From assembly GCA_031441465.1 (NCBI GenBank), contig JANOEP010000027.1:1-64000 (forward strand): 64,000 nucleotides of DNA, in the 5' to 3' direction. The position numbers and the translations under genes were made by a program. The notes beneath the pieces are model-generated. The model was not told the origin of the DNA. It did not search any database and saw only the letters and a program-made list of their open reading frames with translations. This DNA is from a bacterium. Lineage in GTDB: Bacteria > Krumholzibacteriota > Krumholzibacteriia > LZORAL124-64-63. Below, piece by piece: positions 46,454 to 56,894 of this stretch (its first letter is position 1; every line of letters starts with the position of its first letter).

Positions 46454-47901
46454 GTTCCCTCCAGGCTGCAGTAGAGATCCTCGTAGGCGGCCGCCGGCGC
46501 CGCCCAGCCGTAATCCGCGTCCATCCCCCGCCGCACGAGACTACTCCATCGGCCCGGCTCGCGCCAAGCTTCGATCGTGCGGGCGAGCGCGGCGCCGAGC
46601 GCCGCCGGCGTCGCCTCGTCGAAGACGAAGCCGTCCCCGGCGGGGTCGGCGGCGTCGGTCACGGTGTCGGCCAGCCCGCCGGTGCGCCGCACCACCGGCG
46701 GCGTGCCGTAGCGCAGGGCGTACAGCTGGGCCAGGCCGCAGGGTTCGAAGCGCGACGGCATCACGAAGGCGTCGGCGCCGGCGTAGAAGCGGCGCGAGAG
46801 GGCCTCGTCGAAGCGCGCGGCGAAGGCGATCCGGCCCGGATGAGCCGCCGCGGCCGCGCTCAGGGCCAGTTCCAGGGCGGGTTCGCCGGTGCCGAGCACG
46901 GCCAGCCGCCAGCCGTCGTCGACGAGCGTGCCGACCAGCGGCAACAGCAGGTCGATCCCCTTCTGCTGCGCCAGGCGGCCGACCGAGGCGAGCACCGGTC
47001 CGCCGTCCTCGAGCCCCAGTTCCCTCAGCAGGGCGGTGCGGCAGGCGATCTTGCCGACCGGCGCACGCGCCGTGTAAGTCGCGGGCAGGCAGGGGTCGGT
47101 GGCCGGGTTCCACGCCTCCCGGTCCATGCCGTTGAGGATTCCCGAGAAGTCCGCGCCCCGATCGCGCAGCACGCCGGCCAGGCCGCAACCCAGGTCCTCG
47201 TCGGCGGTCACCTCGTGCGCGTAGGTCGGGCTGACCGTGTTGACCCGGTCGGACAGCAGGATGCCGGCCTTCATCAGGTTCAGGCCGCCGTGAAATTCCA
47301 TCTCGCCGGGGTGCCAGGCCAAGCGCGCCGGCAGGTCGAGGCCCGGGAACTCCCAGCGCGGATGGAGCGATTGGTGGGCGAGGTTGTGGATCGTCAGCAG
47401 CGTGCGGGACTTGGCCAGCGGCGTGCCCGCCCGCGACCAGCAAGCCAGGTCGACGGCCGCCAATGCGCTCGCCGCGTCGTGGAGATGGACCACGTCGGGC
47501 GCCCAGTCCAGCATCACCGCCGCCTCCAACGCTCCCTGCGCCAGCAGGGCCAGGCGCGGCAACGTGTCCGCGAACTCGCTCGTTTGCGCGTAGCCGTAGA
47601 TGCCGGGGCGAAAGTACAGAGCTGCGTTCTCGAGCAGCAGCACGTCGGGACCCTCGGCGGCCTGCGCGCGCCAAAACCGGCAGCGCCGCACCGCGCCGCC
47701 GCGGCGCACCGCGAAGAACGGCAGTTCCGGGCAGGGCGTCAGCGCGTGCAGTTCCCGGTCGATGTCGCCGTAGAGCGGCAGCACGACCTTCACCTCGTGC
47801 CCGCGCGCGGCCAGGGCGCCCGCGAGCGCCGCCACCATGTCGCCCAGGCCGCCGGCCTTGGCCAGCGGCGCGTACTCGGCGGTGATCATCAGGATCTTCA
47901 T
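46450..47901 (-). CDS. glgA: Glycogen synthase
   Basis: KAGGL, TIHNL, TVSPTYA, GILNG, QKG, PSRFEPCGL and TGGLADTV. Confidence 0.95.
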   Translation of the reverse strand: MKILMITAEYAPLAKAGGLGDMVAALAGALAARGHEVKVVLPLYGDIDRELHALTPCPELPFFAVRRGGAVRRCRFWRAQAAEGPDVLLLENAALYFRPGIYGYAQTSEFADTLPRLALLAQGALEAAVMLDWAPDVVHLHDAASALAAVDLACWSRAGTPLAKSRTLLTIHNLAHQSLHPRWEFPGLDLPARLAWHPGEMEFHGGLNLMKAGILLSDRVNTVSPTYAHEVTADEDLGCGLAGVLRDRGADFSGILNGMDREAWNPATDPCLPATYTARAPVGKIACRTALLRELGLEDGGPVLASVGRLAQQKGIDLLLPLVGTLVDDGWRLAVLGTGEPALELALSAAAAAHPGRIAFAARFDEALSRRFYAGADAFVMPSRFEPCGLAQLYALRYGTPPVVRRTGGLADTVTDAADPAGDGFVFDEATPAALGAALARTIEAWREPGRWSSLVRRGMDADYGWAAPAAAYEDLYCSLEGT

Positions 47902-47902
47902 C

Positions 47903-50068
47903 TCAGACCTCCCGCGGCGCGGCGACCCCGTGCTCGATCGCGAACGACTGCCGGAAGGTCTGCGTGACGCCGGGATCGAGGTCGAGGTCCCAGACGAACA
48001 GCAGCAGGTGCCCCTGGTAGGTCAGCCGGAAACCGTCCTCGGCCTGCGTCGCCGTGCGCACGGCGTGGATCCACACCTCCGCCTCGTTGCCCAGCTCCCA
48101 GCGCAGCGCGGCGCGGTGCAGGGGCACCAGCACGGTCAGTTCGCGGCGACGGTCGAGGCGGACCGAGTCCAGCGGCGTCGCCGGCTCGTCGCCGTCCGGA
48201 GCGTAGGCGCCGCCGTCGTACAGGGCCAGGTTCCACTCCGGCGCGAAACGGCAGCGCACGCGTTCCGTGCCGATGTTGCGCACCGTCCAGGCGACGTCGA
48301 ACGCCGCGCCGTTGCGGTGCAGCGCCACCGTCTTCTCCACCTGCAGCGGGAAGGCGCGGCCCCCGCGGTCGCGGTAGCAGCCTTCGCGGCGGGTCTGGAA
48401 GCGATCGTCCTCGAGGCTGCCCGTCTGGCCAAAGCGGGGCGACGTCATCGCCGCCGGCGCGGCGGCGAAATCGCCGCCGTCCTGGCCGGCCATGTCCGGC
48501 AGCACGTTGGGGAACCCGGCGTCCGGGTGCAGGAAGCGCTCGAGCAGGGAATAGCGGGGCTGGGGGTCCACGGCCAGCGCCCGCTTGATTTCCGGCGACA
48601 CGCGGGTGACCAGGTCGTGGATCGACACGCCCTGATCGGCGCCGGCGGCGTCGCCGCCCGCCCCGGTGAGCGGCGCGCGCTCGATCTTGGTGTGGTAGGC
48701 CTCGCGCCGGCGGCGCAGGGTGTTCTGGAGATTCCAGTCCTCGCGGCGGTCTTCGAGACCGATCAGCGCGCCGCCGCGGTCCGGCGAGAGGTAAAGTTCG
48801 ATCGCGTCGTTGCCCAGCCGCACGTCGGTGCCCGTCCGGCCGACCAGCGACACCATCTGGGCGCGCGGGGGCGGCGCCACGGTCTGGATGATCTCGGTGC
48901 CCAGGATCAGGTGCCGGTAGATCGCGTGACGCAGGTGCGGCAGGTAGAGACCGCCGAAGACGCCGTGCCAGTAGGCGCAGTTGCACTGGGCCCGCCACAA
49001 GTGGTCGCGGGCCTCGTCGACGCGCTGCTCGTCGGCGCCGGTGGCCTCGGCGGCGGCGATCTCCTCGTGCAGCAGCAGGGAGCGCCGCTGCATCAGCAGG
49101 CTCTCCTCGTACTTCTGGAAGAACTGGCGCCAGAAACCGCCCCTGAAGAAGGGGCGCATCTCGTCCCAGCGGTCCTGGTCGCGGTAGGCGTGCACCGCGT
49201 CGGCGAAGATCTCGGCGGCGGGCATCGGCAACGACCATTCCGACATCTCGAAGTAGCTGCCGGGCGGCAGGTAGACGCGCTCGCGCGGCGGGCGGGCCCG
49301 CAGCACCTCGGACGGGTGCGCCAGCTCGAGCCAGTCCGACTCGGCGTCCAGGGCCGTACAGAAGCGGTCCAGCCAGCCGCGGCCGTAGACGAGGTCGTGG
49401 GTGCCGGGCCAGGCGCCGAACTTCTCGCCGTCGTCGATCATGACCAGGACGCCCTCGGGGTCGCGCTCGTGCAGGGCGCGGCAAGCGGCCACGGTTTCGG
49501 ACGGGTCGCGGAACGGGATCAGGTAGCGCAGCTGCTCGCTGATGGGCAGCAGGGCCACCTCGTGGCCGAGGTCGTCGGTCAGCAGCGGGCCGTGGGTCAG
49601 GCGCTCCGGCGGCACGCCGGCCTGGACGAAGTGGTAGTCGTCGAGCAGGGCGAACTCCACGCCGGCGCGGGCCAGCGAGCCGGCCAGGTGCGGCTCCCAG
49701 ACGCGCTCGGCCATCCAGACGCCGCGGCAGTCGGCGCCGAGGTGCTGGCGCACCCAGTCGCACATCATCCGCAGCTGGCCGACGCGGTCGCGCTCCGGGA
49801 TGGCGGCGAGGATCGGCTCGTAGAAGCCGCCGCCGAGCATCTCCACGCGCCCCGCGCGCACCAGGAAGGCCGCGCGCTCGAGCCACTCCGGGTGGTGGCG
49901 CTGCAGCCATTCCAGCAGGGGTCCGCTCACGTGCAGGCTGAAGCGGAAACGCTCGTGGCGCTCGACCCGCTCCAGGAACGGCAGGTAGCTGCTGCGGTAG
50001 ATGTCCTCGATCACGTGATCGAAGTTGCCGACGGGCTGGTGGTTGTGGATGCCGACGACGAGCTTCAC
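47903..50068 (-). CDS. GH57 4-alpha-glucanotransferase/alpha-amylase (AmyA type)
   Basis: HNHQPVGN, SGPL, GFYEPIL, WMAERVWE, DDGEKFG, SYFEMSEW and YWHGVFGGLYLPHLR. Confidence 0.92.
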   Translation of the reverse strand: MKLVVGIHNHQPVGNFDHVIEDIYRSSYLPFLERVERHERFRFSLHVSGPLLEWLQRHHPEWLERAAFLVRAGRVEMLGGGFYEPILAAIPERDRVGQLRMMCDWVRQHLGADCRGVWMAERVWEPHLAGSLARAGVEFALLDDYHFVQAGVPPERLTHGPLLTDDLGHEVALLPISEQLRYLIPFRDPSETVAACRALHERDPEGVLVMIDDGEKFGAWPGTHDLVYGRGWLDRFCTALDAESDWLELAHPSEVLRARPPRERVYLPPGSYFEMSEWSLPMPAAEIFADAVHAYRDQDRWDEMRPFFRGGFWRQFFQKYEESLLMQRRSLLLHEEIAAAEATGADEQRVDEARDHLWRAQCNCAYWHGVFGGLYLPHLRHAIYRHLILGTEIIQTVAPPPRAQMVSLVGRTGTDVRLGNDAIELYLSPDRGGALIGLEDRREDWNLQNTLRRRREAYHTKIERAPLTGAGGDAAGADQGVSIHDLVTRVSPEIKRALAVDPQPRYSLLERFLHPDAGFPNVLPDMAGQDGGDFAAAPAAMTSPRFGQTGSLEDDRFQTRREGCYRDRGGRAFPLQVEKTVALHRNGAAFDVAWTVRNIGTERVRCRFAPEWNLALYDGGAYAPDGDEPATPLDSVRLDRRRELTVLVPLHRAALRWELGNEAEVWIHAVRTATQAEDGFRLTYQGHLLLFVWDLDLDPGVTQTFRQSFAIEHGVAAPREV

Positions 50069-51777
50069 GCCTGACCTCCTGAGAGCAGCACGGGGATGTC
50101 GAGTCCGGGATCCGCCTCGGCGCCAGCCAGGTCCAGGGCCTGCTGCAGGTGGCGGCGGAACGTGGTGTCGAATTCGTGCGCGTAGTCGGTGGGGTTGTCG
50201 TCCCCGTACCACCAGAACCAGTCGCTGCTCTCGGCATTGGCCATGGCCGTCATCGCCGCCGCGAGCGGCCCCACGCAGCCGGGGCCGATCAGCGCGGGGT
50301 CGGGAGCCTCCACCTCGACGCCGCCGGCCAAGCCGACCCGGCGCAACGCGCCGGCGGCGGCCAGCCGCTCCTGGAAGCGGTCGCGCACGCGCGTCAGGTA
50401 CTCCCATCCGCGGTTCTTCTCGGCGTGGCCGACCCAGGTCGTGAAGTCGGCCCGGATCCACGAACCGGCGCAGACGCGCCCGAGTTCGCCGACACGGCCG
50501 CCCGCGACCAGATGCTCGTCGAAGGTCGTCCACCGCAGGTCGGGCGCCTCGGCGACGGCCCGGTACATGGCCTGCAGGAAATCCTGCCCGTTGCGCTCGT
50601 AGAACTCCCAGGGGTTCTCCCCGTCCAGGATGATCGGCACGACGCAGCCCGCGCCCTGGTCGGACGAATCCGCGGCCAGCTCCGCGCGGATCGACCGCAG
50701 GTGGCCCAGCAGGTCGGCGACCGCGTCCTGCGCCCGCCACGACTGGTAGCGGAAACCCAGCGCGTCGCTCAGGCCCGTGTCGCGGAAGAACAGCGCCGGC
50801 GCGTCGGCGCCGCCCCAGCGCCAGGCCTGGAAGTGGCGCCGTGCGGGGGCGGTCTGACCGCTTCGCGCCAGGGAGCGCGCCAGCACGCCCTGGTCGGTCG
50901 CCGCCCAGAGGATCCCCTCGGTCTGCAGCACGCGCAACGCGGCCTCACTGATGGAACCCTCGGCCGGCCACATGCCGCGCGGCCGCACTCCGAGCACGCG
51001 CGCGGTCTCGTCCAGCGCCGTCTTCACGTGGTACCAGGCGTCGCCGGGGTAGCGGAAACGGGCCGCCGGCAAGGGCAGGTGCGGCAGGGCTTCGTGGGCG
51101 GCCTCGGTGTCGCAGAGCAGCGGCAGGATGGGATGGTTCAGCGGCGTGCAGGAGATCTCGATGCAACCGCGGTCGGCCGCCTCGCGGTAGGCCGGCAGCA
51201 CGCCCTGCAGGAACGCGTGCTGGCGCTCGAGGAGTTCCGCCTTGTCCGCGGCCGAGAACCCGTCCCCGCGCGCGATCAGGCGCGCGACCGACGGATCCTC
51301 GCGCAGCGTGCGCCCGCACCAGGCGAGGTGGAAGAGCACCTGCAGGTCGAGCAGATCCTGATCCGTGAAGCGTTCGGCGCGGCCCGCCGGCACCTCGACG
51401 CCCTCTCCCCGCTGTTCCCACAGGGCGCGCAGGCGGGGGAACTCGGCGAAACGGCGCGCGTGGTGGAAGGCGAAGAAATCCCGCACGATCCGCGCGCGGT
51501 CGGCCGGGTCCAGGTCGGCGGGGGCGGCCCGGGCCAGCAGCAGGTGGTCGTCCGGCACGCCCGCGGCCGCCGCCTCGATCTGCCGCAACAACGAGGGCAC
51601 GACGTTGAACACGGCGCGGGCGCCGGGCTGCTCCCGCACGTAACGGACCATATCGTAATAGCTTAGCAGCGCGTGCAGGCGAACCCAGGGCATGCGCGGC
51701 CGGCCCAGCGCGGCGTCGGTGTAGTCGGGCTGGTGCATGTGCCACAGGACGGCGACAGACAGGGGCTGGGGGGTCAT
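50065..51777 (-). CDS. GH57 glycoside hydrolase (amylopullulanase-like)
   Basis: WHMHQP, PWVRLH, HPILPLL, WPAEG, FRD..LSD, LDGENPWE and ESSDWFWW. Confidence 0.92.
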   Translation of the reverse strand: MTPQPLSVAVLWHMHQPDYTDAALGRPRMPWVRLHALLSYYDMVRYVREQPGARAVFNVVPSLLRQIEAAAAGVPDDHLLLARAAPADLDPADRARIVRDFFAFHHARRFAEFPRLRALWEQRGEGVEVPAGRAERFTDQDLLDLQVLFHLAWCGRTLREDPSVARLIARGDGFSAADKAELLERQHAFLQGVLPAYREAADRGCIEISCTPLNHPILPLLCDTEAAHEALPHLPLPAARFRYPGDAWYHVKTALDETARVLGVRPRGMWPAEGSISEAALRVLQTEGILWAATDQGVLARSLARSGQTAPARRHFQAWRWGGADAPALFFRDTGLSDALGFRYQSWRAQDAVADLLGHLRSIRAELAADSSDQGAGCVVPIILDGENPWEFYERNGQDFLQAMYRAVAEAPDLRWTTFDEHLVAGGRVGELGRVCAGSWIRADFTTWVGHAEKNRGWEYLTRVRDRFQERLAAAGALRRVGLAGGVEVEAPDPALIGPGCVGPLAAAMTAMANAESSDWFWWYGDDNPTDYAHEFDTTFRRHLQQALDLAGAEADPGLDIPVLLSGGQA

Positions 51778-51855
51778 GGCGCTCCCTCGAAAAAAAACAT
51801 GGGCGGCCTGGAACCTCGGCCGCGGACCCTGCGTAGAATACAACATCGGATCGGA

Positions 51856-51931
51856 CAAGCAACTCAGGACCGACCCCGAAATTCAGATCCGAGCCCGAAA
51901 CTCAGTACCGAATCCGAGAGTCATTCCCCAG
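51856..51931. repeat. Four imperfect tandem 19-bp direct repeats in the divergent promoter region
   Basis: CAAGCAACTCAGGACCGAC / CCCGAAATTCAGATCCGAG / CCCGAAACTCAGTACCGAA / TCCGAGAGTCATTCCCCAG. Confidence 0.6.
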
Positions 51932-52079
51932 AGGCGAGAGCAGAGCGAGTCAAGCGTGCAGCGGCGGGAGCGGGGCGACCCGCTCCCGCCGTTTTATGCC
52001 TCGTTCAGGAATCCCCCTTGGAGCAGCGCACCCGGATCGACTAAGATCGCCCCCGTCCCGAACCCTGAGGAGCGACGGC

Positions 52080-53162
<1,083 letters not shown>

Positions 53163-53179
53163 TTCGGGACCGCCGCCCG

Positions 53180-55411
53180 TCAACGACGGGGCGGAACGCG
53201 GATCTCCACCGCCGACCGGATCCGCTCGGCTCCCGGCCCTTCCAGATCCCAGTCCACGACCTCCCGCCCATCGGCGCCGCGGGTCACCGTGACTCGCAGC
53301 ACCGCATCCCCCACGGCCACCAACCCGGACAGGCGCGGCCAGGCCTCCGGCAGCGACGGCGCGATCGTCACGCGCGGCGGGTCGGCCGCGAGGTCGGCCT
53401 TCACGCCCAGGTAGTCCTCCCCCACGTTGCGCAGCAATTCGCTCAGCGACCAGGCCTGGCTGGTGGCGCCGCCGAACTCGTCGTTGCTGGCGGCGCGGTC
53501 GCCGTCGCGGATCTCCTGCAGGGTGCCGACGGCGCCTTCGTCCAGGATCTCGTCCAGCAGCATGCGCGTCTGCCCGAAGCCGTCGCGCGGCGCCGGCAGC
53601 GCCGACACGTACGGCCCGGAGAGCCAGAGCCAGACGTCGCCGTTGTGGTAGGCCTCGTCGTAGTAGTAGCGGTCGAGCCAAAGGTGGCGCGGGTGGTAGT
53701 TCGGGTCGGCCGCGTCGAGGGAGCGCACGCCCCAGGGCGTGACCGTGTGTTCGCGGTTCTCCGCGACGATCAGGCGGCGCTGGTCCTCGTTGAACAGGTG
53801 CGGGGAGACCAGCAGGGCGAGCAGCCCGTTGGGGCGGTGCTGCGTGTCCGGTGAACCGTCGGGGTCGAGATGGTCGGCGATCCTCCCCCCGGCCACGAAT
53901 CGCTGCTGGAAGGCGTTCTCCAGCCGCAGGGCGGCGGTCGTGTACCGGCGGGCCAGTGCGTCGCCCTGCAGACCGGCGGCTTCGCCGCCGCAGCGGACGG
54001 CCAGACGCGCCGCCGTCTGCAGGCCGCGGTGGAAGAGCGCCTGGGCCTCGACGGCTCGGTTCCCGCGCGGCGAGTAGGGATGCTGCTCGCCGCCGCCGTC
54101 CATCCAGGTCTCGCCCTCACCGTGCGTCAGGAAACCTTCGCCGTCGACGGCGTGAGCCAGCGCCCCCTCGCAGGCGCGCAGCACCACGGGCGTCATCTCG
54201 CGGACGAAGGCGTCATCCCCCGAGCGCCGCCAGTACTCGTCCAGGGCGCGCACGAACCACCAGGTGCCGTCGATGCTGGCGTACTGCACCTGGTCCACGG
54301 TGACGAAGTTGGGCACGCGGCCGAAGCGCGGGCTCGCGGGGTTGCGGTCCTGGTAGGCGGCGAAGGAGCGCAGGATCTCCCGCGCCGTGGCGAAGTCGAG
54401 GCCCGCGGCCAGCGCCCCGGGCAGCACGATGAAGGTGTCGCGGCCCCAGTAGGTGGTGAACCAGTAGAAGCCGGCGTAGACGCCGACGCCGCGCTGCTCC
54501 ATCACCAGGTTGTCCAGCGAGACGCGGGCCCAGCCCAGGGCGCGGTCGTCGCGGGCAACGCCCGTGGACAGGCGCGCCGGATCGGCGAGGTCGGACAGCC
54601 GGGCGGCCCGCGCGGCCGCCAGTGCGGGCGCGTCGGCCAGCAGCCGCCGGGCGCGCTCCGCCGCCGCCGACGACGTCGCGTCGGCAGCGATCACCACTTC
54701 CACGCGGCCCGACGGCACCTGCGACGGGATGCGCCCGCGAATCTCGCCGGCCTCCCAGGGCGTGGCCGACTCCATGGCCTTGCGTGCTGCGTCGACGGGG
54801 TAACGCCGCGGCAGGTAGCGCCCGGTCGGCGCGAAGTCGGCTGCGCCGGCGACCGCGACGGCCAGCCAGGGCGGGTTGCGTTCCCCGGCGGCGGCCGCGG
54901 TGCGGTCGGCGCGCCCGACGCACAGCACGCCGCCCTCCCAGACGGTCAGGTAGTCGGGCCGCACGACCTTCCACAGGAAGCGCATGTCGACCCTCGGCAC
55001 GAAGGCGAAGCCGCCGACCGGCACACCCGCGTAGACGACCTGGAAGCCGTCGCTGCGGTCCAGCAGGGTGACGGTCTCCACGACGACACCCTCGGCGAGC
55101 CGGTGGAAGCGCAGCAGCCGGTCCGGCAGCACGGCGGCCGAGTCGGCGGTCGCGGCCGCCAGCTCGCGCCCGTCCTCCAGGCGCAGCGACCAGCCGTCGA
55201 GCAGCTCGTGCATGGCTATGGTGAAGCCGTGGTAGCTTCGGGTGTCCTCCCCGACGGCGCAACCCGCGAGGTGAGCCGCGCCTTTGTCGGTGAAGATGAA
55301 CTCGCGAGGGTGGTCGGGGGTGACCGGGACCGCCAGGTCCTCGAGCACTCCGGCGACGACCTGGGCGGGCAACGTCAGCAGCAGCAGGAACATCAAGCTA
55401 TACGGTCGCAT
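53180..55411 (-). CDS. Amylo-alpha-1,6-glucosidase (debranching enzyme family) with a signal peptide
   Basis: AGFYWF..WGRDTFI, YASIDGT.WF, TWMD, RPN, YHNGDVW.W and EI.DG..QAWS. The N-terminus is hydrophobic (MFLLLLTLPAQVVA). Confidence 0.85.
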   Translation of the reverse strand: MRPYSLMFLLLLTLPAQVVAGVLEDLAVPVTPDHPREFIFTDKGAAHLAGCAVGEDTRSYHGFTIAMHELLDGWSLRLEDGRELAAATADSAAVLPDRLLRFHRLAEGVVVETVTLLDRSDGFQVVYAGVPVGGFAFVPRVDMRFLWKVVRPDYLTVWEGGVLCVGRADRTAAAAGERNPPWLAVAVAGAADFAPTGRYLPRRYPVDAARKAMESATPWEAGEIRGRIPSQVPSGRVEVVIAADATSSAAAERARRLLADAPALAAARAARLSDLADPARLSTGVARDDRALGWARVSLDNLVMEQRGVGVYAGFYWFTTYWGRDTFIVLPGALAAGLDFATAREILRSFAAYQDRNPASPRFGRVPNFVTVDQVQYASIDGTWWFVRALDEYWRRSGDDAFVREMTPVVLRACEGALAHAVDGEGFLTHGEGETWMDGGGEQHPYSPRGNRAVEAQALFHRGLQTAARLAVRCGGEAAGLQGDALARRYTTAALRLENAFQQRFVAGGRIADHLDPDGSPDTQHRPNGLLALLVSPHLFNEDQRRLIVAENREHTVTPWGVRSLDAADPNYHPRHLWLDRYYYDEAYHNGDVWLWLSGPYVSALPAPRDGFGQTRMLLDEILDEGAVGTLQEIRDGDRAASNDEFGGATSQAWSLSELLRNVGEDYLGVKADLAADPPRVTIAPSLPEAWPRLSGLVAVGDAVLRVTVTRGADGREVVDWDLEGPGAERIRSAVEIRVPPRR

Positions 55412-55437
55412 CGGATCTCCTTCCCGCAGGGAGCGCC

Positions 55438-55466
55438 AGGATACCCCCCGCCGCGGCGAGTGCCAA
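55438..55466 (-). promoter_or_regulatory. Putative sigma70 promoter of the debranching-enzyme gene
   Basis: TTGGCA-N17-TATCCT. Confidence 0.5.
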
Positions 55467-55543
55467 CTGCGGGGAGCGTGCCCTGCCGTCTCGGGCTTTC
55501 GAGACTACCATGGTCTGGCATCCGCAACGACAGGAGTCGACCC

Positions 55544-56815
55544 ATGATCCGGATCACCTCGGCGCGCCGCTGCGCGCTCTTGCTGCCCGCACTGCTCAGC
55601 CTCGCCGCCACGGCCCGGGGAGCGGCGCGCGAGGACTTCGACTTCGTCCTGGCCGGCGACATGCGCCGCTACATCGTCGTCGACGGCATCCACGGCTGGG
55701 ATCAGGCCTGCGCGGCGATCGCCGCGGCCGGCCCGGGCGCCTTCCTGGTCTCTCCGGGCGATTTGGATCAGCAGGGGACCACCAACCCCGCGAGCATCGT
55801 CTCAGCCACGGTCGAATCCGAGATCGGACCCGGGTATCCCTTCTTCCCGGGCGTCGGCAACCACGATGCGGAGCACGCCCCGACCATGCAGTGGCTCCGC
55901 GGCTTCGACCTGGGCGGACCGGGCCTCGCGGTCAACCCGGGACCGCCCGGCAGCGAGGAAACCACCTTTTCGTGGGACTACGCGCACGCCCATTTCGTGA
56001 TGCTCAACGAGTGCTTCGACGGCGTCGACGACACGGGCGCCATCTACGGCAACTGGAACCCGGCGTTGGATGCCTGGCTCGAGGCCGACCTCGCGGCCAC
56101 GACACAACCGCTGATCTTCGTGTTCGGCCACTTCCCGGCCTGGCCCCGTCCCGATCGCGACAGCGGCCTCTGGAATCACGCCAACGACACGGCGTTCAAC
56201 GCCTACGGCGGCGGGGTCTACCGCGACGCGCTCTGGGACATCCTGACCCGGCACCAGGTGACGGCCTACGGGTGCGGGCACACCCACACCACGAGCGTCG
56301 TGAATTTCCAGGGCGTCTGGCAACTGGACCAGGGCCATGCCCGCGGGCCGGTCAACACGAGCTTCAACGGCCTGAGCACGTTCCTGATCGTCCACGTCCG
56401 GGCCAGCGGCGCCGTGGTCGTGGACACCTGGCGGCAGCCCCACACCGAAGGCGCCGGCAACGAGGCGCCCTACGCCCTGGCCCACGTCGACACGCTGCGC
56501 CAGGCCGATCCCGCCACCGCCGCACCGCCCGCGCCGACGTCCCTGGCCGACCTGCGCGTCTCGCCGAACCCCTTCAACCCGTCGCTGCTGGTCGAGTGCG
56601 AGGTGGCGGAATCCCGGGACCTGAAGGTCGGGATCTTCGACCTGCGCGGCCGGCTGGTGGCCGACCTTTGGCGGGGCGCCGTGCCCGCCGGCACGCACGT
56701 CCTGCGCTGGGACGGGGACGGCCCGGACGGGCGCGCCGCGCCCTCGGGCTCGTACCTCGTCCGCATGGAAGACGGCGGTGTCGCGACGAGCCGTCGCGTC
56801 ACGCTGGCCCGCTGA
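55544..56815 (+). CDS. Secreted calcineurin-like metallophosphoesterase with a FlgD-Ig/T9SS-like C-terminal domain
   Basis: Signal peptide, GDMR, PGDL, GNHD, GH and GHTH, then PNPFNP..IFDLRGRLV..WDG..SGSY. Confidence 0.85.
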   Translation: MIRITSARRCALLLPALLSLAATARGAAREDFDFVLAGDMRRYIVVDGIHGWDQACAAIAAAGPGAFLVSPGDLDQQGTTNPASIVSATVESEIGPGYPFFPGVGNHDAEHAPTMQWLRGFDLGGPGLAVNPGPPGSEETTFSWDYAHAHFVMLNECFDGVDDTGAIYGNWNPALDAWLEADLAATTQPLIFVFGHFPAWPRPDRDSGLWNHANDTAFNAYGGGVYRDALWDILTRHQVTAYGCGHTHTTSVVNFQGVWQLDQGHARGPVNTSFNGLSTFLIVHVRASGAVVVDTWRQPHTEGAGNEAPYALAHVDTLRQADPATAAPPAPTSLADLRVSPNPFNPSLLVECEVAESRDLKVGIFDLRGRLVADLWRGAVPAGTHVLRWDGDGPDGRAAPSGSYLVRMEDGGVATSRRVTLAR

Positions 56816-56841
56816 ATCCGTCCGGGCTTCCGGATATGGAC

Positions 56842-56871
56842 GAGGGCCCCGGTCCGCGGACCGGGGCCCTC
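56842..56871. terminator. Perfect 30-bp palindrome between convergent genes
   Basis: GAGGGCCCCGGTCCG|CGGACCGGGGCCCTC. Confidence 0.7.
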
Positions 56872-56894
56872 TCTCGTTGACACGGCCCGTGAAG

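Noticed and set aside
51856..51931. Possible CRISPR or iteron array
   Set aside because: The repeats are degenerate and contiguous with no spacers, and no cas or rep gene is nearby.
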